A stretch of 52,475 nucleotides of DNA from Nitrospirota bacterium (GTDB taxonomy: Bacteria > Nitrospirota > Nitrospiria > JBHHUU01). Position numbers and translations under genes: made by a program. The notes under the pieces were generated by a model. It was not told the origin of the DNA, did not search any database, and saw only the letters and a program-made list of their open reading frames with translations. Location: positions 1 through 52,475 of the forward strand of contig JBHHUU010000001.1 of assembly GCA_046753905.1 (NCBI GenBank), in the 5' to 3' direction. Of this stretch, positions 8,694-16,720 are shown piece by piece. The stretch's first letter is position 1; each line of letters starts with the position of its first letter.

Positions 8694-8815
8694 AAATCCC
8701 CCCTTCCCACCTTACCAAGGGGAGATTTCCATATATCTCTTACTAAATGGTTTCCCCCTTTATTAAGGGCTATTTCTATAGATTCCCCCTTTGGAAAAGG
8801 GGGTTAGGGAGATTT
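8694..8815. repeat. Cluster of C-run/G-run hairpins
   Basis: aaatcccccctt (8694-8705) faces aaggggagattt (8717-8728). ccccctt (8785-8791) pairs with aaggggg (8797-8803). gggagattt recurs at 8807-8815. Confidence 0.7.
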
Positions 8816-8821
8816 AGCTTT

Positions 8822-10255
8822 TTATCTCAAAATTGTAATAGCTGCCTTTGCCTTATTTATGAAATCTGTGAAACTTTTTATCTTAATCAGACGCCTTATT
8901 ATATAAGATGGCCTGAAATAGAAAGTCATGTATGCCTTTTTAATAATACGCTCCAACTCCTCTTTTGGAAGATGAGGATATGAGATAAAAGACTCTTTTA
9001 TTGGATCTATTGCCCTGTATTCATCCTCTATCATCCAACCCTCTTTTTTTGCAATTCTATTAAACTCAGTATTCGGGAAAGGTGTACATATTGAGAATAA
9101 TACATAATCAACATTCAGGTTCTTTACCTTTTTTAATGTATACTCAATGGTCTCTTTTGTCTCAAGAGGAGAGCTTCCAAACAGTATATTCAGCTCAGGT
9201 TCAATATTATATTTATTAAGGAGATCTACTGCTATGTATAAATCTTCAATCTTCAGGTCTTTTTTTATATAATCTAATATCTCCTGTTTAAATGATTCAA
9301 TCCCAATATCTATATATCTGCATCCAGCCTCAGACATGGACTTTACCATCTCTTTGTCTGTCAGGTGATCTGCCCTTGCCAGACATGACCATTCTAATCT
9401 AAAATCCTTAATGCCATGACATATATCTATTACGCGATCTCTGCTGATTGTAAACTCATCATCAATAAATGAGAACGACCTGTACCCCTCTTCATATAAT
9501 ATCTTTATCTCATCAATAACATTGCCTGCTGATCTCAGTCTTATAGGAGGTTTGTTCTCCCTGTGCTTTCTATGCTCAATCTCACGGGCAAAACTCAAAG
9601 AATTAGGAACGCAATAATTACATCTATGAGGACATCCCCTTGAGGAGAGAACAGCAGTAAACGGTAATCTTGATAGTTTTGGGTTATTATATCTCTCTCT
9701 CCTTAAGATATCCCGTTTGGGAAATGGAAGTGTATCAAGATTATCAATAATATCCCTATAACTGTTAGAGACCTTCTCTTTCCCCTTAAGATATGTAATA
9801 CCTTTTATATCGGCTAAATCACCATTTTGCTTTAATCTCAGAACAAGCTCTTTTATTGTCTCCTCAGGTTCACCACGTATTACAAATGAATCCCTGTCTA
9901 CAAATATATTAGGATTGCTTGTTGGTTCAGTAGAGAGATAGATAAACTTTGCCGATGGCTTTATCTCTTTTATCAGTTCTCTTGCGATTAGATCGGTCTC
10001 TCTGGATAGAAACACCGTATAAAATATATAGATATCAGAATTATCTCTTTTAATAAAATCAATAAAACCCTTTCTATCAATACCATCTATTACGCAATCA
10101 ATAAAACATGTCTCACAGCCAGCCTCTTCTAAGACAGCCATTGAGTAAAGTATAAAGATATTAGGTTGGTAGTATATGCCATAGTTACACCCAAATATCC
10201 TCTCAGCAGAGAGTTTGCCATCAAGCGGCGGCGGGATTAAAAATGTTGTCTTCAT
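8822..10255 (-). CDS. B12-binding-domain radical SAM enzyme
   Basis: N-terminal cobalamin-binding-like domain, then CPHRCNYC (CX3CX2C) at about residue 208. Overlaps the upstream GT2 gene by 4 bp. Confidence 0.8.
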   Translation of the reverse strand: MKTTFLIPPPLDGKLSAERIFGCNYGIYYQPNIFILYSMAVLEEAGCETCFIDCVIDGIDRKGFIDFIKRDNSDIYIFYTVFLSRETDLIARELIKEIKPSAKFIYLSTEPTSNPNIFVDRDSFVIRGEPEETIKELVLRLKQNGDLADIKGITYLKGKEKVSNSYRDIIDNLDTLPFPKRDILRRERYNNPKLSRLPFTAVLSSRGCPHRCNYCVPNSLSFAREIEHRKHRENKPPIRLRSAGNVIDEIKILYEEGYRSFSFIDDEFTISRDRVIDICHGIKDFRLEWSCLARADHLTDKEMVKSMSEAGCRYIDIGIESFKQEILDYIKKDLKIEDLYIAVDLLNKYNIEPELNILFGSSPLETKETIEYTLKKVKNLNVDYVLFSICTPFPNTEFNRIAKKEGWMIEDEYRAIDPIKESFISYPHLPKEELERIIKKAYMTFYFRPSYIIRRLIKIKSFTDFINKAKAAITILR

Positions 10256-11247
10256 CTTCCTTCAACCCTTTTCATTGGGAATAAGAGTTCCCTTATAAAA
10301 CCGCATGACCATGAGGTCATTATTATTAATATTACAAATGGTATATTAAAGCCAACGGTAATGGATCTCCATTTAAGTATACCTAATACAGAGAAGAAAA
10401 GCATGAATATAAGTGCTGTTCCGCCAATTATCACCAGATAGAAAGGGTCACTCATATATATAACCGATAAGAGCATAAAAATAACTGGCAGACTTAAGCC
10501 GACACCTATATGGACAATATTTATCATTCTCCTGTCCCTTTTGCCTACCTGCAACCTTCCTATGGCATAACGATACATCTGCTTCCATAACTTTTTTGGT
10601 GTCGGTCTCCTGAAATGGTATACTATTACATCAGGAGTATATAATAACCTGTATCCCATGTCTATTATCTTCCTGTTCAACTGGGTATCATCACAGGTGA
10701 GCAGTGTCTCGTCTATGGGCATTACTTTTTCAAGAACTGTTCGTCTGTATATGGCATTACATCCTGGTATGCTGGAGACCTCTTTCTCATAAACCAGTTC
10801 TCTTGCATGAATAGAACCTGCAGCAAAGATACCCTGTCCAAAGACAAAACCTACTGCCTTTCCAAAGCTGCTTTCACTATCAGGAGTTATATTCGGTCCT
10901 CCTACACAGGCAACCTTATCATCCCTGTTAAAGTACTTCACACAATTTCTCAGCCAATCTCTGTCCATAACACAATCAGCATCAGTAAAGGCAATAATAT
11001 CTCCTCTTGCATACTCAAACCCTATATTCCTCCCTGGTGATACAGTCTGTTTGTGGTTTGTTATTACTATTGCTCCCATATTCTCTGCAATAGCAGGTGT
11101 GCTGTCATCTGACAGACCATCAGAGATAATAATCTCATACCTGTCTTCAGGATAATTCTGTGCTTTTATACTCTGAAGACAATATTCCATGAATCTCTCC
11201 TCATTCTTTACAGGGATTATTATTGAGATAAAGGGATAGTTTTCCAT
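10252..11247 (-). CDS. Family 2 glycosyltransferase with C-terminal TM segments
   Basis: ISIIIPVKNEE..., DGLSDD and FTDADC (DXD) motifs. Three to four C-terminal TM helices. Confidence 0.8.
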   Translation of the reverse strand: MENYPFISIIIPVKNEERFMEYCLQSIKAQNYPEDRYEIIISDGLSDDSTPAIAENMGAIVITNHKQTVSPGRNIGFEYARGDIIAFTDADCVMDRDWLRNCVKYFNRDDKVACVGGPNITPDSESSFGKAVGFVFGQGIFAAGSIHARELVYEKEVSSIPGCNAIYRRTVLEKVMPIDETLLTCDDTQLNRKIIDMGYRLLYTPDVIVYHFRRPTPKKLWKQMYRYAIGRLQVGKRDRRMINIVHIGVGLSLPVIFMLLSVIYMSDPFYLVIIGGTALIFMLFFSVLGILKWRSITVGFNIPFVILIIMTSWSCGFIRELLFPMKRVEGR

Positions 11248-11267
11248 AGTTATATTATATAGATTTC

Positions 11268-11451
11268 GTAACTATTCAGCTAATACAGAGCAAGGGTTCC
11301 AAAGACTTTATAATGCGTATGATTATAATAAGTTTATTAAGATACAACAGCATCATTTCAGATCAGGTCTCTATGAGTAGTGAGACCTAATCGCTAAGGT
11401 GACGCTATAAACTCTTTCCCACCCCTCACCCTGTAACAACTGAATAGTTAC
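11268..11451 (+). mobile_element. MITE-like repeat, full copy (184 bp)
   Basis: Terminal inverted repeats gtaactattcagctaatacagagcaaggg / ccctcaccctgtaacaactgaatagttac. About 90 percent identical to the copies at 16526 and 24377. Confidence 0.85.
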
Positions 11452-13718
11452 ATATTATTTAAGCGTTTTCTTGCCTTTTCTGCAAATTCTTTATACCTCT
11501 CATCCTTATCCGCTAACTTTAAGAATTTCTCATAATAGATTATCGCCTCATCTAATTTGTCAGCAGAATCCAATGTATATGCAAGATTATACAATGCCTC
11601 AGGATAATTAGGTTTTCTCTTTAATGCCTCCTTATACTCCTTTATTGCCAGTTCAGATCTGCCCTGTTTGTAGTATATCACACCCATATTATAATAGGCT
11701 ATAGTTCGAGCAGAATCATTCCTTATACTATCTTTGAACTCCTTTAATGCCATATCCAGATTACCCTGTTCAAAATAGATAAGCCCAAGATTATAGTGGG
11801 CATCGGCAATATCTGGGTCAAGCCTCAATGCCTTCTTATATGCATCTATGCTTAGATCGATCCTGCCTGTCCTTTTGTAAAGAATGCCCAGTGTATTATA
11901 AACAAGGGGAGCATTCGGAAATATCTCAATAACTCTCTTATATTCATCAATCGCCATATCCCATTTCTTCTGGTCCAGATAAATAGACGTCAGAGCATCA
12001 CGGGATAGAAAATGATATGGATTTATGGATAATGCCTTTTTATACTCATCAATAGCCTTATCCATATTACCCTGACGCTGATATATTAATCCTATTCTAT
12101 AGTGTGCCTCATAGAATCCCGGCGCAACACGTAAAGTATCACGATATTTATTTAAGGCAGAGTCTATATCTCCCTTGTTAAAATATGCCATACCAAGGTT
12201 GTAATGGGCAAAATAGAATTTTGGCAAAAGCTCTATTGCCTTTTTGTATTCCTCAATAGCCATATCGATATTCCCATTTCTGGCATAATTAAGTCCCAGG
12301 TCACTATGCACGGTACTGGAATCGGGTGTCTTTTTTAGATTGTCACTCCAGAAGAGAATAGGATCCTTCCACAGATTATTCCTCTGAACAGTCCATACAG
12401 ACTGTGTGAGAATCAAAATTATAGGGAAAGAGCAGTACGCAGTAAACAGCAAGTAATTATGTGGAGATGATCTGTATCTGAATTTAATCATATCTGCTAA
12501 CTTTACAATCCCTATAGCTGCTATTATAAAGAATCCTATGGAAGGCAGATATAACCTGTGCTCAAAGACCAGCCATAGCCGTATTACAGTAGACTCTATC
12601 ACAAGGTTTAAGAAAAACCATAGTATAAAAAAGGAGATAACAGTCCTTCGCTTATATATGTATATACCATACCCTATTATACCAAAGATTATAAGCATAC
12701 AGATAAATGTACTGACTGGATTGAACAGGGAATGGGATACAGAAAACTCGTATATAAGTCTTAATCTTGATGGCAATGGTAATAATAATAGAGTTATGTA
12801 ATATATTACTACTCTGAATTCAGTAATCAATCTCTGTAAGGCAGTAAATTCCTGTTCTATGCTCCGTGCTGCCATCAAGCCCTTTATCCCCTTTATTATA
12901 CCTTTTTGACTACCTGCACCTATATATATAAACCCTATTACAATAAAGGATATGACCATTATAATAAAATATGGACATGCCTTTTTTATCTTTTTGAGAT
13001 CAAACCGGGCAAAAAAGTATATCTCATAGAGGATTATTATTAACGGTAATGTGATTGTGATCTCCTTACTTCCAAAGGCAAGAAGGGCGAAAAACAGAGA
13101 AGTCAGAAGCCAGAAGTTAGAAGTTAGAAGTCCATCTGACTTCCCTTTGTTCCTGACTTTTGACTTCTGACTCCTGTTCCATGATACCCTTCCCTTCACA
13201 TAACATAATAGTGACAGTATATAAAACATCGTTGCCATAGATGTTGCACGCTGAACTATATATGTTACTGCCTGAGTCTGAACAGGTGATGTCGACCAGA
13301 GAAGGGCGGCAATTATGGCTATCCAGAAGGGTTTATCTCGAAACTCGAAACTCGAAACTCGAAACTCTTTTATTCTCTGCCCCCTTATCTCCAGTGTTAT
13401 CTTCAGAAAAAGATATAGACTAATAGTAGTAATTATATGAATAATAATGTTTACAATGTGATATCCTGATACATCAAGACCTCCAAAATAGTAATTTATG
13501 GCAAAGGTTATGTTAGTAACCAGACGACGGACGGAGTCATTATTAAAGATACCCTTCATAAACCCATCTGGAGAGAGTGTAGTTATCTTGATGAATATAT
13601 TATCTACTATAATCGCATAATCATCAAAATAAAATGGGACATCAATGGTATTAGAATAAAGGATTATCACAATAACAGGAATTATTAATAAAATTATCTT
13701 GGGGAAAGATTGTTTCAT
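11448..13718 (-). CDS. Membrane GT-C-like / TPR-repeat protein (TMTC/PMT-like putative glycosyltransferase), paralog 1
   Basis: About 450 aa with 10 or more TM helices, followed by about 9 TPR repeats. Paralogous to the adjacent gene. The stop codon lies inside the MITE terminus. Confidence 0.7.
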   Translation of the reverse strand: MKQSFPKIILLIIPVIVIILYSNTIDVPFYFDDYAIIVDNIFIKITTLSPDGFMKGIFNNDSVRRLVTNITFAINYYFGGLDVSGYHIVNIIIHIITTISLYLFLKITLEIRGQRIKEFRVSSFEFRDKPFWIAIIAALLWSTSPVQTQAVTYIVQRATSMATMFYILSLLCYVKGRVSWNRSQKSKVRNKGKSDGLLTSNFWLLTSLFFALLAFGSKEITITLPLIIILYEIYFFARFDLKKIKKACPYFIIMVISFIVIGFIYIGAGSQKGIIKGIKGLMAARSIEQEFTALQRLITEFRVVIYYITLLLLPLPSRLRLIYEFSVSHSLFNPVSTFICMLIIFGIIGYGIYIYKRRTVISFFILWFFLNLVIESTVIRLWLVFEHRLYLPSIGFFIIAAIGIVKLADMIKFRYRSSPHNYLLFTAYCSFPIILILTQSVWTVQRNNLWKDPILFWSDNLKKTPDSSTVHSDLGLNYARNGNIDMAIEEYKKAIELLPKFYFAHYNLGMAYFNKGDIDSALNKYRDTLRVAPGFYEAHYRIGLIYQRQGNMDKAIDEYKKALSINPYHFLSRDALTSIYLDQKKWDMAIDEYKRVIEIFPNAPLVYNTLGILYKRTGRIDLSIDAYKKALRLDPDIADAHYNLGLIYFEQGNLDMALKEFKDSIRNDSARTIAYYNMGVIYYKQGRSELAIKEYKEALKRKPNYPEALYNLAYTLDSADKLDEAIIYYEKFLKLADKDERYKEFAEKARKRLNNM
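11473..11975. repeat. 503-bp direct repeat, copy A (3' end of TPR paralog 1)
   Basis: By line-by-line comparison it reads identical to 13771-14273. Confidence 0.9.
13098..13172. repeat. In-frame palindromic heptamer array inside TPR paralog 1
   Basis: (agaagtc agaagcc agaagtt agaagtt agaagtc) catct (gacttcc ctttgtt cctgact tttgact tctgact). It is 75 bp, or 25 codons, and is absent from paralog 2. Confidence 0.85.
13337..13367. repeat. (CTCGAAA)x4.4 tandem repeat inside TPR paralog 1
   Basis: ctcgaaa x4 plus ctc. It encodes EFRVSSFEFRD on the minus strand. Confidence 0.9.
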
Positions 13719-15974
13719 CTATCGTTTTTTATACAGGCGAGTTTTTTTTCCTATTTTAAGCTGTTCTTTAGCCTTTTCTGCAAATTCTTTATACCTCTCA
13801 TCCTTATCCGCTAACTTTAAGAATTTCTCATAATAGATTATCGCCTCATCTAATTTGTCAGCAGAATCCAATGTATATGCAAGATTATACAATGCCTCAG
13901 GATAATTAGGTTTTCTCTTTAATGCCTCCTTATACTCCTTTATTGCCAGTTCAGATCTGCCCTGTTTGTAGTATATCACACCCATATTATAATAGGCTAT
14001 AGTTCGAGCAGAATCATTCCTTATACTATCTTTGAACTCCTTTAATGCCATATCCAGATTACCCTGTTCAAAATAGATAAGCCCAAGATTATAGTGGGCA
14101 TCGGCAATATCTGGGTCAAGCCTCAATGCCTTCTTATATGCATCTATGCTTAGATCGATCCTGCCTGTCCTTTTGTAAAGAATGCCCAGTGTATTATAAA
14201 CAAGGGGAGCATTCGGAAATATCTCAATAACTCTCTTATATTCATCAATCGCCATATCCCATTTCTTCTGGTCTGTATATATCCTTCCTAATTCTATATA
14301 CGAATAGATATTATCCTTGTATCTCTCTTTTAACAATTTATATACCTTGACAGCCATATTAATATCCTCTTTTTTTTCATATAGCATGGCAAGGTTAATG
14401 TATGCCTTAATTTTTGAGGGATCACTTCTTATTACCTCTATATATTGCTCAATGGCAGGTTCTGTCTCCTCTGTCTCTTCATATATCTGTGCTAAGTTAT
14501 TATGTGCTGTAGTATAGTCGGGATCTATCTCTATAGCCATCTTGTATTCTTTAACAGCGGAATCTATATCTCCATGACTATAATAATGTACTCCTAATTC
14601 ATTATGAGGATCACTCAAATAGGGTTCCTTTTTTATATTATCTCTCCAGAGGAGAGATACATCCTGCCAGACATAATTTCTTTGTATAGTCCATAGAGAC
14701 TGTATAAAAATGACAGCTATTATAATGATGCAGTTGGCAGCAGGCAGCAGGCAGTCAGGGAGAGATGAAACAGTTGAATTTTTTCTGTACTTTACCATCT
14801 CTGTAAACTTTACCATACCCACACCAACTATAACAAAGAATCCTATGGATGGCAGATATAATCTGTGCTCAAAGACTAAATGTAATCTTGTTATTAGAGA
14901 TTCTATCACAAGGTTTAAAAAAAACCAGAGCATAAAAAAGGAGATAACACCCCTTTTTCTAACTATAGACAAGGCATATACAATTAATCCGAGAATAATA
15001 ACAATGGCTGGGATAGTGGTAAGAGGATCAAATAATGAATGTGAAACAGGAAAATTATATAGTACCCTGAGTCTTGAAGGCAGAGGGAGTATAAGTAGCG
15101 TTATATAATAAATAATTACCCTGAATTGAGTTAAAATCCTCTCTCCTGCTGTAAATGCCTGCTGTTCAATGTTACTTACAGGTGGTTCTGTTAATCTCTT
15201 TAAGGCACTAATAATCCCTTCATCCATATACAGGTGACTGAATATAAGGACAGATACCATAATAATACCTGTAAAATAGATTGCCCTTTTCCTCATCCTT
15301 TTAGTGTTAGATTGTGTAAAAAAGTATATCTCATACAGGATAATTACAAAAGGGAGTGTGGCTGATATCTCCTTACTCCCAAAGGCAAGAAAGGCGAAGA
15401 CAGTAGACAGTAGATAGTAAAGAGCAGGGTGACCCCTGCCACCTGATATCCTTCCATTCACATAACATAGCAGCGACATCATATAAAACATAGTTGCCAT
15501 AGAGGTTGCACGTTGAACTATATATGTTACTGCCTGTGTTTGTACAGGAGATGTTGACCAGAGGAGGGCAGCAATCATACCTATCCAGAAAGACCTGTCC
15601 GAAATACAAGGGTCTTTTGTTTTCTGCACCCTCATTTCCAGAGTTATATACAGAAACAGGTATATTGTAATCGCAGTAATTATATGAATAATAATATTTA
15701 CAATGTGATACCCATACACCTCAAGTCCTCCAAAATAGTAATTTATGGCAAAGGTTATGTTAGTAATTGGACGATTACGGGAGATAGAACTATTATGGAC
15801 TATATTTTTTAATGTATAGACTGAAATATCTGTCAGATGGATTGCATTATTATCAACAATATTTCTTATATCATCATAGAGGAAAGGACTATAGAGTGAA
15901 TTTAGATGGATTATAGATATAAGGATTGTGATAAATGATACTGCAACGATATGTTTTTTCTTTATATTATCCAC
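13719..15974 (-). CDS. Membrane GT-C-like / TPR-repeat protein, paralog 2
   Basis: Same architecture as 11448-13718. Conserved N-terminal blocks (TNITFAINYYFGG, LLWSTSPVQTQAVTYIVQRATSMATMFY). Identical C-terminal stretch of about 167 aa. Confidence 0.7.
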   Translation of the reverse strand: MDNIKKKHIVAVSFITILISIIHLNSLYSPFLYDDIRNIVDNNAIHLTDISVYTLKNIVHNSSISRNRPITNITFAINYYFGGLEVYGYHIVNIIIHIITAITIYLFLYITLEMRVQKTKDPCISDRSFWIGMIAALLWSTSPVQTQAVTYIVQRATSMATMFYMMSLLCYVNGRISGGRGHPALYYLLSTVFAFLAFGSKEISATLPFVIILYEIYFFTQSNTKRMRKRAIYFTGIIMVSVLIFSHLYMDEGIISALKRLTEPPVSNIEQQAFTAGERILTQFRVIIYYITLLILPLPSRLRVLYNFPVSHSLFDPLTTIPAIVIILGLIVYALSIVRKRGVISFFMLWFFLNLVIESLITRLHLVFEHRLYLPSIGFFVIVGVGMVKFTEMVKYRKNSTVSSLPDCLLPAANCIIIIAVIFIQSLWTIQRNYVWQDVSLLWRDNIKKEPYLSDPHNELGVHYYSHGDIDSAVKEYKMAIEIDPDYTTAHNNLAQIYEETEETEPAIEQYIEVIRSDPSKIKAYINLAMLYEKKEDINMAVKVYKLLKERYKDNIYSYIELGRIYTDQKKWDMAIDEYKRVIEIFPNAPLVYNTLGILYKRTGRIDLSIDAYKKALRLDPDIADAHYNLGLIYFEQGNLDMALKEFKDSIRNDSARTIAYYNMGVIYYKQGRSELAIKEYKEALKRKPNYPEALYNLAYTLDSADKLDEAIIYYEKFLKLADKDERYKEFAEKAKEQLKIGKKTRLYKKR
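13771..14273. repeat. 503-bp direct repeat, copy B (3' end of TPR paralog 2)
   Basis: Reads identical to 11473-11975. Confidence 0.9.
14731..14758. repeat. Heptamer array (GCAGNNG)x4 inside TPR paralog 2
   Basis: gcagttg gcagcag gcagcag gcagtca. Confidence 0.75.
15398..15418. repeat. Heptamer array (AGACAGT)x3 inside TPR paralog 2
   Basis: agacagt agacagt agatagt. Its reverse complement is the same unit as the array at 47963. Confidence 0.8.
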
Positions 15975-16063
15975 AGCGATAACAAGTTGTATAACTTCAT
16001 GAAACTGTTTGTTTACCCTAATATAAGGGCATTGTTAAATCAGTATAGGTTGATAGAAATTAT

Positions 16064-16310
16064 GGCTCTTTGAAATTTCAAGTGGGTAAGTAGTGTTTAT
16101 TGAACTGGGAAAAATTAAGTTTACCCGTTACCAAAAAAGCAATTATTTTAAAATATTTTATGTTTCGGAAACACTTGGCTTTAGCTTTCAAGCAGGCCAT
16201 TATTACGTATTTTCTTCTGAAAATCCCCCTCACCCTAACCCTAACCCTCTCCCACAAGGGGAGAGGGAACTTTCCCCTCCCTAATTACCCACTTAAAATT
16301 CAAAAGAACC
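16064..16310. mobile_element. Second inverted-repeat-bounded element (about 247 bp), possible MITE remnant
   Basis: ggctctttgaaatttcaagtgggtaagtag (16064-16093) matches the reverse complement of 16281-16310 (ggttcttttgaattttaagtgggtaattag) at 25 of 30 ungapped positions. No target-site duplication seen. Confidence 0.5.
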
Positions 16311-16352
16311 TCCATGCATCTTTGCACGGAATCAGTGCAAAGATGCATGGAG
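16310..16352. other. Perfect 18-bp stem / 7-nt loop hairpin
   Basis: ctccatgcatctttgcac ggaatca gtgcaaagatgcatggag. Confidence 0.9.
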
Positions 16353-16525
16353 TCAATGCACAATACCCGTGCAAATTTATCCTTTCCCGTGCGGTTTCTG
16401 AATTATTATTCCTATTTGTATTGAAATTGTCCACAGTTTGACTACATTTTAATTAAGGATGTAGCAAAAAGATGGGGATGGCTTGTGCCTACTGTTGACA
16501 TGACCGAATATTTCTATCCTACTTC

Positions 16526-16710
16526 GTAACTATTCAGCTAATACAGAGCAAGGGGTTCCAAAAACTTTATAATGCGTATGATTATAATAAGTTTATTCAA
16601 ATAGAACAGCATCATTTCTGATCAGGTCTCTATGAGTAGTAAGAGCTAAATACTAATGTGACGCTATAAACTCTTTTCCACCCCTCACTCTGTATTAACT
16701 GAATAGTTAC
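16526..16710 (+). mobile_element. MITE-like repeat, full copy (185 bp) with 8-bp target-site duplication
   Basis: Flanked by cctacttc on both sides (16518-16525 and 16711-16718). Terminal inverted repeats as in the other copies. Confidence 0.9.
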
Positions 16711-16720
16711 CCTACTTCTA

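Noticed and set aside
11473-14273. The 503-bp identical blocks as ends of a composite transposon
   Set aside because: The blocks are direct repeats lying in frame within the homologous 3' coding regions of two paralogous genes, and they encode intact TPR repeats. No transposase lies between them. Gene conversion, or an assembly issue, is the simpler explanation.
16093-16441. Two overlapping ORFs of 63 and 113 aa in the large non-coding gap
   Set aside because: They run through repeat and palindrome sequence (the translations contain PHPNPNPLPQGERE-type low-complexity peptide). They lack Shine-Dalgarno sequences and overlap each other in different frames. They are most likely spurious.
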